This document shows, piece by piece, positions 37,750 to 46,679 of a DNA stretch of 64,000 nucleotides. The notes beneath the pieces were generated by a model. It made no database searches. It was not told the DNA's origin and saw nothing but the letters and a program-made list of their open reading frames with translations. The stretch covers positions 5,667 through 69,666 of the forward strand of contig CAXRIX010000167.1 of NCBI GenBank assembly GCA_964230555.1, read 5' to 3'. The position numbers and the translations under genes were made by a program. This stretch comes from Bdellovibrionales bacterium. Its GTDB lineage: Bacteria > Bdellovibrionota > Bdellovibrionia > Bdellovibrionales > JAGQZY01. Every line of letters starts with the position of its first letter. Positions within the stretch are counted from its first letter, which is position 1.

Positions 37750-38190
37750 GTGAGAAAAACCCTTATAACCTTAACTATTTTATTTGTTGGTGCTGTGTCG
37801 CAAGCGAGTCTCGTCGAAGTTGCAATGACTGCAAAAATGACTAATATCGACAGCGATTTCAAGCAGTGTTTAGAAACAAATATGACCCAGCTTGGAATGC
37901 AGGGTTGTGCTGATGCTGCGAATTCAGATTACCGATCGGCCCTTGCCGATATGTCCACAGAAATGGTGTCTTCTTTTTCTGATGATGAAAATGCAGCGGC
38001 TAAGCTTGCTAAAATGGCAGTCAGTGAGCAGAACTGGGCCAACTATGTCACATCGACTTGTGAGTTTGCCAATATGGATAGTGTTGGTGGAAGTATTCAT
38101 AACCTAGATATGGTTATGTGTGAGAATAAGAAAATTGCAGCACGAATTAAAGAATTGATTTCTATATATAATAATTTTCTTAATCAGTAA
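37750..38190 (+). CDS. DUF1311 (LprI-like, lysozyme-inhibitor family) secreted protein
   Basis: GTG start after AAGGAG, plus a signal peptide. DUF1311 signature: C...C near the N-terminus and QNWANYVTSTCEF. Confidence 0.6.
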   Translation: MRKTLITLTILFVGAVSQASLVEVAMTAKMTNIDSDFKQCLETNMTQLGMQGCADAANSDYRSALADMSTEMVSSFSDDENAAAKLAKMAVSEQNWANYVTSTCEFANMDSVGGSIHNLDMVMCENKKIAARIKELISIYNNFLNQ

Positions 38191-38210
38191 GTCGTAAAAA
38201 CTTACCTTTC

Positions 38211-38240
38211 AAAGCCCGACCTGTAAGGCGGGCTTTTTAT
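38211..38240 (+). terminator. Intrinsic terminator after the DUF1311 gene
   Basis: aaaGCCCGaCCtgtaaGGCGGGCttttt. Confidence 0.7.
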
Positions 38241-38278
38241 TGGTTTTGAACGAGTTTTATTTTTATCAGGAATTTAAG

Positions 38279-38306
38279 GGAAACAGAGGCTGTTTCCTTT
38301 TTTTTT
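38279..38306 (+). terminator. Second plus-strand terminator-like hairpin
   Basis: GGAAACAG-agg-CTGTTTCC followed by T9. Confidence 0.55.
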
Positions 38307-38417
38307 GAGTGTTTCTCTGAGCGATCAGATCATTTGGCAAAAATCATTGTATCGACGTGTTGAGACTTATTAAGAGGGCTCTTCAATCTTTGTTTTGGTC
38401 TTTTATAAACCAAGCTT

Positions 38418-39512
38418 TTGGCGATGAGAGGGTTCATAATTTTTGAAACCTCTTTTGCTTTTGAAAATTTGACAGTTGTGCTGGAAAAATTGAAGGATAT
38501 ACGCCATAGTAGGGACAAAGTTGGGATTGTTATGAAAATGCTGTATGACAAAAGAAAGCCTTTGAATCAGTGGCCACTGCAGGCCGTTGATGAACGACTC
38601 GCTCAGTACAAGAAGACTTTGCAGCGTGAATTAAAGTCCTACGGTATCTCTTTTGATTTTCACCTTTGGGTGTCTGACGAGTGGTTTTGTCCTGATGGCG
38701 TTCCAGGCTTTGCTCTGCCGTTTTATCTCTTTAACCCGCAATTGATGAAAATTCACAAGTACGAAACCGGGGCCATTGAGGGGCGAACGGAATTTGAAAT
38801 TCTGAAGCTGATGCGCCATGAGCTAGGCCATGCCATAGACAACGCCTATGGGTTGCGAAAAAACAAAGAAAGACAGCGTGTTTTTGGATCGCCGAAACGG
38901 GAGTACCCCGAGTATTACAATCCACAAATTTATTCGAGAAACTATGTTCACTATCTGGGCGAGGGCTACGCACAAAGCCACCCTGACGAGGATTTTGCCG
39001 AGACTTTTGCATTTTGGCTCGACCCCAATCGTAAATGGCGAATGAAAAACTTTTCGAAAAGACTGACTGAAAAAATCAACTGTATAGATCGTTTGATGCG
39101 GATCGTTCGGTCGCAACAGCCGGTGTTAAATAATCGCTTTCGGATTGATGCCATTGAAAAGAACAGCACGCCAATCGGCGAGTTTTATAAGGAGTACCAT
39201 AAAGCGCGAAACACCGCAGCCCTGCGCCGAGTGGACCACGAGTTGCGCCAAGCTTTTCAGTGGCCAGGTGAGAAAAAAATGTCGTTTTCGTTTTTTCTTA
39301 GGAAAGAAAAACACTATTTGAAGAAGCAGCTTTCTGAACAAGAGGGTGTTTATCAGTACGAAGCCGAAAGAGCTTTGCGAAAGATTATTAAGCGAGCTGA
39401 GACCTTAAACATTAAAGGCAATGTTTCAGAGTTTCGTCGAAAAACCCCCGACCTGCTCAAGAAAAACTTTCGAGTTTTAAAAGAGCAGGAACAGTTAAGG
39501 GTCTATCTTTAA
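38418..39512 (+). CDS. Putative zinc metallopeptidase (HExxH; Peptidase_Mx-like)
   Basis: MRHELGHAIDNAY (HELGH) with a downstream DEDFAE acidic ligand context. The start is ambiguous: TTG 38418, ATG 38424 or ATG 38532. Confidence 0.55.
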   Translation: MAMRGFIIFETSFAFENLTVVLEKLKDIRHSRDKVGIVMKMLYDKRKPLNQWPLQAVDERLAQYKKTLQRELKSYGISFDFHLWVSDEWFCPDGVPGFALPFYLFNPQLMKIHKYETGAIEGRTEFEILKLMRHELGHAIDNAYGLRKNKERQRVFGSPKREYPEYYNPQIYSRNYVHYLGEGYAQSHPDEDFAETFAFWLDPNRKWRMKNFSKRLTEKINCIDRLMRIVRSQQPVLNNRFRIDAIEKNSTPIGEFYKEYHKARNTAALRRVDHELRQAFQWPGEKKMSFSFFLRKEKHYLKKQLSEQEGVYQYEAERALRKIIKRAETLNIKGNVSEFRRKTPDLLKKNFRVLKEQEQLRVYL

Positions 39513-39515
39513 AAA

Positions 39516-41048
39516 TTAAAGAGTCATTTCGGGTTGAGAGGAAGACTCCATGTTAAGCACGGGGCCACCTTTTAGAAGAACTTCAGGGCTGACCACTCCA
39601 GCACCAATAGCGTCCATATTATTGATAAACTTTTTCGCCAACTCCATGACTTCTGGGCCGGTGGGGATTTTCAAATAAGTTTCATCAAGGCCGGGGCAAG
39701 ATGTGGGCACGTTAAAGCCAAAAATCGGATGTTTAACCATCGGCTGTTGTTCCAGCTTGCCGGTTTGAATGGCTCGAAGCAGTTCACGACTGACAGAAAT
39801 TGGGAAGCGTGGTCCTTTGCCGTATCCCTTGGTCCAGCCGGTATTTAACAACCACACGGTGGTTTTATTTTTCTGAATTTTCTCAGCTAAGAGTTTCGCA
39901 TACTCCGAGGGGTGACGGGGCATAAACGGGGCACCAAAGCAGGCACTGAAAGTCGCCTCAGGCTCGGTCACACCCAGCTCGGTGCCAGCGACTTTGGCTG
40001 TGTATCCAGAGATAAAGTGATATTGCGCTTGAAAGGAGTCCAATTGCGCAACAGCGGGAAGAGCTCCAAAGGCATCGGCTGTTAAAAACACAACAGTTTC
40101 AGGCTGCTGAGCTTCGGCATTTTGATTAAAACAGTTTTCAAGAGCCTTGATGTCATAAGAGCCACGGGTGTTTTCAGTTTTTGAGTTGTCGGTGAAATCA
40201 ATTTTACGAGTTTCTTCGTCCGGTACCACGTTTTCAAGAATCGAACCGAACTTGTTGGCCGCGCGGTAGATCTGGGGTTCAGCCCGCTCAGAAAGATTAA
40301 TAAGTTTTGCGTAACAGCCACCCTCAAGATTCGAAAGACCCGTGTCGGACCAGATGATCTCGTCGTCGCCAATGAGCATGCGCTCGCTGGCGGCACTTAA
40401 AGTGGTTTTTCCGGTTCCAGAAAGTCCGAAAAGAACAGACGACTGTTTGCCGCCCTCGCGACAATTGGCTGAGGCATGCATCGGGAAAATTCCCATCTCT
40501 GGAAAAATGTAGTTGCAAAGACTAAAAGCCGCTTTTTTAATTTCACCGGCGTAAGCGGTTCCACAAATACAAACGGTGAGGTCGACCGGATCAAGAATCA
40601 CCATCGTGTCGGTGCCCACATCAAGACCATGCTCCGATGTGGTTCCATATGGATCGTGATAAATTTTAATTGTTCCCCAGCTCTCACATTTTTTCTTTAA
40701 TTCATCGATGGCTTGGTCGCGGAACATGTTGTTGGCAAACAAGATATGCCAAGGTGAGGTTGAAGTGACTTCCACCGGGAAGCCTCCAACAAATCCTTTA
40801 TAGGTGTAGGTTTTAGTTTCAGAGTGTTTCTTTTGAATCCCAGCTAAGAGTTGCGCTTTGGTTTCCACTTCAATGGACTTGTTGCCGGCCCAATTGATTT
40901 TATTTTCCAGTTCTGGATATTTGGTGATGTAGCGTTTATCAGCGGCGCGCCCGGTGAATTTACCAGTCTCCACAATCAAGGCTCCGGCTTGACTGAGTTT
41001 GGCAACGCCGAGTTCGATGGCTTCTTCGATCAATGAAATCTTAGACAT
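39516..41048 (-). CDS. pckA: Phosphoenolpyruvate carboxykinase (ATP)
   Basis: 510 aa with the kinase-1a loop GLSGTGKTTLS, and IGDDE and PEPCK-ATP family blocks throughout. Confidence 0.93.
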   Translation of the reverse strand: MSKISLIEEAIELGVAKLSQAGALIVETGKFTGRAADKRYITKYPELENKINWAGNKSIEVETKAQLLAGIQKKHSETKTYTYKGFVGGFPVEVTSTSPWHILFANNMFRDQAIDELKKKCESWGTIKIYHDPYGTTSEHGLDVGTDTMVILDPVDLTVCICGTAYAGEIKKAAFSLCNYIFPEMGIFPMHASANCREGGKQSSVLFGLSGTGKTTLSAASERMLIGDDEIIWSDTGLSNLEGGCYAKLINLSERAEPQIYRAANKFGSILENVVPDEETRKIDFTDNSKTENTRGSYDIKALENCFNQNAEAQQPETVVFLTADAFGALPAVAQLDSFQAQYHFISGYTAKVAGTELGVTEPEATFSACFGAPFMPRHPSEYAKLLAEKIQKNKTTVWLLNTGWTKGYGKGPRFPISVSRELLRAIQTGKLEQQPMVKHPIFGFNVPTSCPGLDETYLKIPTGPEVMELAKKFINNMDAIGAGVVSPEVLLKGGPVLNMESSSQPEMTL

Positions 41049-41227
41049 ACTCTAACCCTTTCTTAACCCTTGTGAGGGGACCCTGATGGGATTGATTTTT
41101 TTAAATTTGAGGGCCTCTTGTACTGATTTTCGGGCAGGAGTGCAATCAGCGATGTAATCAAAACAAACACAATCCATCTGAGGTTATTAAGATGCTGTAA
41201 TTGTTCAGTTATTAATCAAAGAAAGGG

Positions 41228-41971
41228 TTAGAGACTGACGGTGGTGGGTGTCGTGACCGCGTCTTCGCCTTCAGTCTCGGTGTTTTCTGGATGGGTCGGT
41301 CGCTCATAGCGGAAAAAGCGGTCGGAGGGGTAGGCATTGCGAATTTGCTGAAATGTCGTGACCACAAGACCACCATCGTGACCCAGTTTTGAAAGGTACA
41401 AACCCTCGCCTAAGTAAACAGCGGAATGATCCGTTGAAAAACGACCCTCGTCATCTAAACTTCGTGCCATCAACACCGCATCACCTGGATTGAGGGAGGC
41501 TTCGCCAAAAATTTCTGTGAAGTTTTCTTCGAAGTTAGAGAGAACACGCCCCATGGGCTGATAAACACCCCCTTCGTAGGAGTGGGGGTAGTTGAGTCCC
41601 GCCAGTCGGGCGGCGAAACAATGGCAGTCACAAATGATATTGGCCGGAGTGCCGACTTCGATAAATCGCAAGAGGTTGTCGGTGGTAACAGCGGGAAGGT
41701 CGAGGGCTGAAAGGCTGCCACTGTCGGTGACAATATTGATTTCTAAAGTATCACCCACGTCACCGAGACCGACATTTTGAAAAGCGCCCAACGGAACAGA
41801 TTGTTCCGGTGAATTCAAATACACCCGAGACTGAAAGGCTTGAAAGTGATTTTCGCCGGCAATGGTCCATGGCGTGGTGGTGGGTTGAACCACCAGGCGA
41901 ACCGGTACGGGGTCGGCCAGCGCCGGCAGAGTCAATAATAATGAAATGAAACAAGTCAGGACCCTCATCAC
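41228..41971 (-). CDS. Secreted protein with a NlpC/P60-like Cys...His signature
   Basis: Signal peptide MMRVLTCFISLLLTLPALA. Candidate catalytic contexts are NIICDCHCFAARLAGL and DH(182)SAVYLGEGLYLSKLGH(198). Confidence 0.35.
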   Translation of the reverse strand: MMRVLTCFISLLLTLPALADPVPVRLVVQPTTTPWTIAGENHFQAFQSRVYLNSPEQSVPLGAFQNVGLGDVGDTLEINIVTDSGSLSALDLPAVTTDNLLRFIEVGTPANIICDCHCFAARLAGLNYPHSYEGGVYQPMGRVLSNFEENFTEIFGEASLNPGDAVLMARSLDDEGRFSTDHSAVYLGEGLYLSKLGHDGGLVVTTFQQIRNAYPSDRFFRYERPTHPENTETEGEDAVTTPTTVSL

Positions 41972-42164
41972 AGATGGAAAGATTGCAAGGTTTGTGCCTA
42001 TGGAGGAGGAAAAGTAGAGCTGTAGAGGGTTTGAGGCCGCTTACCAACAATAATTGGCACAGCACTGTCTAATATATAGTCTCGGAAGTCGAGGGGCAAA
42101 GGTCGAGGGAATTCAAACAAAAAACTCGGTGAGCCGATGAGTTTGCAGGGAGAGAGGTTCTATA

Positions 42165-43181
42165 ATGAGTGCTTTAAAGGTTTTGGTCCTGGTTCACCAC
42201 GACTGTGTTCCTCCGGAGGGGGCGACCATTCAATCTGCCGATTGGGCGCATTGGAAAACCGAATACTACGTCAAGAAAACCCTCACTCGGTTGGGACATC
42301 AGGTTCGACTTTTTCCCGTCACCGATCAGCTGACAGAGTTACAAACTGCCATAACGGAATTTAAGCCAGATGTGGCCTTCAATCTTCTGGAAGAGTTTAA
42401 AGGCGAGGCCCACTTCGAAAGTCATGTGGTGGCATTTTTAGAATTGCTGGGAGTGCCATGCACGGGTTGCAATCCATTGGGGCTGGCGTTGGGGCGCGAC
42501 AAAGCTACAAGTAAAAAAATAGTACAGTATCACGGCATTCCGACACCTGGATTTTTTACGGTTCCCATCGGGAAAAAACTCAAAAAGCCGCAAGACCTGA
42601 ACTATCCATTGATTGTTAAGTCCCTGAGTGAAGAGGCTTCACTTGGCATCAGTCAGCAATCTGTGGTCATGAGCTTTGAGGCCTTGCAGGATCGAGTCGC
42701 TTTTATTCACAAGAATTTGCAAACAGCCGCCTTAGTGGAAGAGTACATTGAGGGGCGGGAAATCTATGTTGGAGTTTTGGGAAATAAGCAACTAAGGGTG
42801 CTGCACCCTTGGGAGTTGAAGTTTGGGGAATTGCCGCAGAAAGGTTTTCCGATTGCGACCCGCAACGTAAAGTTCAACAAAGTCTACACCGATCGTCATC
42901 AAATTGTGCGCGGACCGGCACAGGATTTAAACCCCCATACCCTGAAAAAGATCGAAACCTTTAGCCGTGAGATTTTTCGGCATCTGAAGCTCAGCGGGTA
43001 TGCTCGCTTGGATTTTCGAGTCACCGAGTCGGGGGAGGTTTGTTTTTTAGAGGCCAACCCCAATCCTGAGCTTGCCAAAACCGAGTGCTTTGCCAATGGA
43101 GCCGATGCCAGCGGTCTCAAGTACGACGAGCTGCTTGAGAAAATCCTTAAATTGTCTCGCTCCTTCCGACCGGCGGCTTAA
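42165..43181 (+). CDS. ATP-grasp enzyme of the D-alanine--D-alanine ligase family (not the canonical Ddl)
   Basis: 338 aa with a GGGAGAGAGG RBS. Ddl-like N-domain KVLVLVHHD...; ATP-grasp blocks DKATSKKIVQYHGIPTP, PLIVKSLSEEASLGIS and YARLDFRV..G.V.FLEANPNP. Confidence 0.75.
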   Translation: MSALKVLVLVHHDCVPPEGATIQSADWAHWKTEYYVKKTLTRLGHQVRLFPVTDQLTELQTAITEFKPDVAFNLLEEFKGEAHFESHVVAFLELLGVPCTGCNPLGLALGRDKATSKKIVQYHGIPTPGFFTVPIGKKLKKPQDLNYPLIVKSLSEEASLGISQQSVVMSFEALQDRVAFIHKNLQTAALVEEYIEGREIYVGVLGNKQLRVLHPWELKFGELPQKGFPIATRNVKFNKVYTDRHQIVRGPAQDLNPHTLKKIETFSREIFRHLKLSGYARLDFRVTESGEVCFLEANPNPELAKTECFANGADASGLKYDELLEKILKLSRSFRPAA

Positions 43182-43277
43182 GACCGCGCCTTCACAGCCC
43201 AAAGGGGCGGCGCGCCAAAGGTCCAGGGGTCAAATCTCCGGTTTTGGTCCGATTGGCTCTCTTTTTGAGACCCTTTC

Positions 43278-43306
43278 TTGACCCTTTTAATTTTTGATAT
43301 TACTAA
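43278..43306 (+). promoter_or_regulatory. Sigma70-like promoter candidate for zapA (TTGACC-17 nt-TACTAA)
   Basis: Hexamers and spacing were read directly from the sequence. It lies 33 nt upstream of the zapA ATG. Confidence 0.3.
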
Positions 43307-43338
43307 TAATTATAGGAACTTGTCGAAAAGAGGACCCC

Positions 43339-43617
43339 ATGCAACAAGATCTTAAAACCTTTGAAGTAGAAATTGCGGGTGTTCCTCTGCGCTTAAAATC
43401 AAGTCATGATCAAGAAACTGTCGATGAAATTTTGAAAATGGTTGAAGAACAAATGGACCCTCAGCTTGCTAAAACCTCTTTGCGGAACTCGTCTTTATTG
43501 GCCTGTTTGCGTTTGGCTGAGGAACTGTATCTATTACGAAGAAAAACCAAAGAAGAACTGGACAATCTTGAATCTCATACCCTTGAGCAAATTGCGCACA
43601 TTCAACAAGCTCCTTGA
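43339..43617 (+). CDS. zapA: Cell division protein ZapA
   Basis: The ATG at 43339 follows AGAGGA. The 92-aa product begins FEVEIAGVPLRLKSSHDQETVDE, typical of ZapA, with a C-terminal coiled coil. Confidence 0.8.
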   Translation: MQQDLKTFEVEIAGVPLRLKSSHDQETVDEILKMVEEQMDPQLAKTSLRNSSLLACLRLAEELYLLRRKTKEELDNLESHTLEQIAHIQQAP

Positions 43618-43804
43618 AGACTTAGGAGTTTTGAATTTTTGAAATTGTGAACCTGTGTTTTGGTGATGCAATCCCAAAAGCCATTCGATCTTAAGCCTTC
43701 ATTCCTTTCGTGATGACCGACGTCAAACGAGGGGAGTAAGGGAGAATCCCTTATTTTTAAATAGTGTTTTGGTTGGGGCCGTTGTTATGGGCCGAGGGAA
43801 TATT
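43618..43804 (+). ncRNA. Candidate structured small RNA in the 6S RNA (ssrS) syntenic position between zapA and 5-FTHF cyclo-ligase
   Basis: Supported by synteny only. The gap has a 13-position long-range stem with one mismatch (43615-43627 with 43689-43701), an internal TTTTGG/CCAAAA hairpin and a terminator-like hairpin at 43738-43758. I could not reproduce a canonical 6S fold by eye. Confidence 0.25.
43738..43758 (+). terminator. Terminator-like hairpin AAGGGA-gaa-TCCCTT plus ATTTTT
   Basis: Read directly from the sequence inside the zapA/cyclo-ligase gap. Confidence 0.4.
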
Positions 43805-44389
43805 GTGGTCATTGAAAAAGACAGCTTACGGGCTCAGTTCAAAAAAGAACTGATCAGTCTTTCGAAACAAGAAAAGCGCCAGCAATCGGACAGGATTGTG
43901 AACAAACTGCGCGAGTTCTTTTTGAATCAAAAGGGCTGTTGGACCATCTTTTCTCCGTTAAATGACGAACCCAATATTTTAAGCCTGATGCCGGCCACCC
44001 CCCATATCACCTGGGTTTTCCCCAAAATAGAAAATAAAGAACAAATTCAGTTCTATAAGGTCGTTAGCAAAGAAGAGATGTTGACCAATCTTTTTGGTTT
44101 GGATGAACCAAAGGGAGAGGAGATCGACCGGGTGGAGCGGTCCGATATCACGGGCTGCATAGTACCCGGTTTAGCGTTTGATCGTTTCGGCACCCGCCTT
44201 GGGCGTGGTGGCGGTTACTACGATCGTTATTTAGAGAATTTTAAAGGTCGCAAACTAGGGGTGACTTTTAACGAAGGATTATCAAGCGAGGCTTTACCTA
44301 GAAAGTCTCATGACCAGATAATGAATACAGTGATCAGTCCAGACGCATGGATTGAAGTTGATACAAGTGAGGTTAACAATGGATTTTAG
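43787..44389 (+). CDS. 5-formyltetrahydrofolate cyclo-ligase (YgfA/Fau family)
   Basis: C-terminal family motif VPGLAFDRFGTRLGRGGGYYDRYL. The start may be ATG 43787 or GTG 43805 (the latter follows GAGGGA). Confidence 0.85.
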   Translation: MGRGNIVVIEKDSLRAQFKKELISLSKQEKRQQSDRIVNKLREFFLNQKGCWTIFSPLNDEPNILSLMPATPHITWVFPKIENKEQIQFYKVVSKEEMLTNLFGLDEPKGEEIDRVERSDITGCIVPGLAFDRFGTRLGRGGGYYDRYLENFKGRKLGVTFNEGLSSEALPRKSHDQIMNTVISPDAWIEVDTSEVNNGF

Positions 44390-45947
44390 TATATTAAGTT
44401 TGGTGATTGGTATGGCTGTTGGAGCCGCCTTGTTTTTCGCCTACAAAAAAATGGTGGAGACGTCGCAAAAAAAGGCCGCTCATTCCGAGGCTGATAATAT
44501 TATCAATCGAGCCAAAAGCGAATCCCAAAAAATCATGAAAGGGGCAGAACGCAAAGGTAAAGACTTTGAAATTCGCGCCAAAAAGAACGCCGAGAAAGAC
44601 ATTCGTCGGCAAAAAGAAGAGCTTTCTAAGCAAGAAAGCAAAATGAAGGATCGGCAAAAACAGCTTGAAAAAGAGTATAGAAAAAAAGAAGAAGGTCTGC
44701 TCACTGTTGAAAGCGAAATTAAAAAACGCGAAGAAACAGTTAAGGCTCATGAAAGCCGTATGGAAGCTCTTGAGCGTGAAGCAAAAGAGAAAATCAATCA
44801 ATTGACTGAGAAATTAAAGAGTTCGGCCAACATTAGTCCTGAAGAGGCCAAAGAAGAGTTGAAGCGTTCGTTAGAAGAAGACGCCAAGCGAGAGGTTGCA
44901 AAAAATGTGATCTCTATAGAAGAAGATGCCAAGCAGAGAGCCGAAGCCAAAGCCAAACGTATTGTCGGAATGGCGATTTCGCGCTACGCCGGTGAATTCA
45001 CAGCAGAAAAAACAGTTTCAGTTATTCCTTTACCCAATGAAGATTTAAAAGGAAAAATTATCGGAAAAGAAGGGCGTAACATTCGCGCTATCGAATCCTT
45101 ATGTGGAGTCGATTTAATCATCGATGAAACCCCCGAGGCCGTGGTGATTTCGGGTTTTGATCCGGTTCGCCGAGAAGTGGCCCGTCGTGCTCTAGAAACC
45201 CTAATGGAAGATGGACGCATTCACCCCGGACGTATTGAAGAGGTGATCGACAAAACCAAGAAAGGTCTTTTTAAATATATTAAATCCGAAGGCGAGAAAG
45301 CCTGTTTGGAGCTGGGCCTGCAAGGTGTTCATGGCGAGATCCACAAAACCTTAGGAAGCTTAAAGTTCCGAACCTCCTACGCACAGAACAACTACACCCA
45401 CTCAATTGAAGTGGGAATGCTCTGCGGTTTGATGGCTGCTGAAATGGGTGTGGACGTGAAAGCCGCCCGTCGTGCCGGCTTGTTTCATGACCTTGGAAAA
45501 GCCTTAGATCACAGTATCGAAGGATCCCATGCCATTATTGGTGCTGATCTTTGCAAGCGCTACGGTGAAGCGGAAGCCGTTTGCCATGCGGTGCGGGCTC
45601 ACCATGAAGATGAAAAACCGCGCACTGTTCTGGCTCACCTGGTGACCGCGGCAGATGCGATCAGCAGTGCTCGTCCCGGAGCTCGTAAATCAATTATGGA
45701 ATCCTACATTCAGAGATTGGAAGATCTTGAATCTGTGGCCAATAGCTTTGATGGAGTGGAAAGAACTTTCGCCATTCAGGCGGGTCGTGAGATTCGAGTG
45801 ATCGTCGACAGTTCCCGCGTGACCGACGAACAATCGGTGATGTTGAGCCGGGATATTGCTCGTAAAATCGAACGCGAGTTGAAGTTCCCAGGTCAAATAA
45901 AGATCTCCGTGGTTCGCGAAACTCGTGCTGTTGAACACGCCCGTTAA
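44379..45947 (+). CDS. rny: Ribonuclease Y
   Basis: N-terminal TM helix, Lys/Glu coiled coil, KH motif GKEGRNIRAIE and HD domain GLFHDLGK. The start overlaps the upstream gene by 11 nt. Confidence 0.93.
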   Translation: MDFSILSLVIGMAVGAALFFAYKKMVETSQKKAAHSEADNIINRAKSESQKIMKGAERKGKDFEIRAKKNAEKDIRRQKEELSKQESKMKDRQKQLEKEYRKKEEGLLTVESEIKKREETVKAHESRMEALEREAKEKINQLTEKLKSSANISPEEAKEELKRSLEEDAKREVAKNVISIEEDAKQRAEAKAKRIVGMAISRYAGEFTAEKTVSVIPLPNEDLKGKIIGKEGRNIRAIESLCGVDLIIDETPEAVVISGFDPVRREVARRALETLMEDGRIHPGRIEEVIDKTKKGLFKYIKSEGEKACLELGLQGVHGEIHKTLGSLKFRTSYAQNNYTHSIEVGMLCGLMAAEMGVDVKAARRAGLFHDLGKALDHSIEGSHAIIGADLCKRYGEAEAVCHAVRAHHEDEKPRTVLAHLVTAADAISSARPGARKSIMESYIQRLEDLESVANSFDGVERTFAIQAGREIRVIVDSSRVTDEQSVMLSRDIARKIERELKFPGQIKISVVRETRAVEHAR

Positions 45948-45965
45948 TTTGCGACTGGAGCGAAC

Positions 45966-46679
45966 ATGAAAGTGAAATTCCTGCCTTCAGGCGAGGAACA
46001 CGAAATTGAGGCCAACGAATCGATTTTGCATTTGGCGCAAAAGGTGGGCTTGCACATCCAATCGGTGTGTAAGGGAATCCCGTCTTGTGCCGAATGTCGG
46101 GTGCAGATCAAGGAAGGAGAACACCATGTTCTTCCTCCTAATAAAAAGGAAATTGATCTGATTGGAACGGCTCATTACGTGGACCTGTCTCGACTGTCTT
46201 GCCAATTGCGATGTTTTGGTGACGTGACTGTCGATTTGTCTGAACAAATAGAAAAACAAGAAAGAAATAAAGAAAAACCCAACGACCGCATGGCTCGCAA
46301 GGACGGCCAAGAGTCGCGCGCTGTTTTGGGTGGAATCCTTGATAATGTGGTCGCTGCGGATGTTGACGTTCCTGAGGATCTTGGGGAAGAGGTCGAACGC
46401 GTCGAAGTTGAGGCCGTTAAAGGTAAGCCTCGCCTGGACAAGAAAGATTCTTTTTACGGCGAATTCTACAGCGGCAAAAACAAGAAAAAGAAAAAGCAAA
46501 ATCGACGATCGGGTAAAAATCGTGGTGGTGCTAAGGCGCAGAGTCGCAGTAAAGACAACAACGGTGAACAAAAAGCCGAAGGTGGCGGCGGCGGAAAAAA
46601 TAAAAATCGCAAACGGCGGCGTCGACGCAAACCCAGTGGGGGCGGTGGTAAGCCGTCCGGATCAGGTGGAAATTCATGA
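45966..46679 (+). CDS. 2Fe-2S ferredoxin-like domain fused to an acidic then polybasic Gly/Lys/Arg low-complexity tail
   Basis: Cys pattern C35-x5-C41-x2-C44...C79 in the first ~95 aa. The C-terminus reads GKNKKKKKQNRRSGKNRGG...GGGGGKNKNRKRRRRRKPSGGGGKPSGSGGNS. The stop overlaps the NifS start (ATGA). Confidence 0.65.
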   Translation: MKVKFLPSGEEHEIEANESILHLAQKVGLHIQSVCKGIPSCAECRVQIKEGEHHVLPPNKKEIDLIGTAHYVDLSRLSCQLRCFGDVTVDLSEQIEKQERNKEKPNDRMARKDGQESRAVLGGILDNVVAADVDVPEDLGEEVERVEVEAVKGKPRLDKKDSFYGEFYSGKNKKKKKQNRRSGKNRGGAKAQSRSKDNNGEQKAEGGGGGKNKNRKRRRRRKPSGGGGKPSGSGGNS

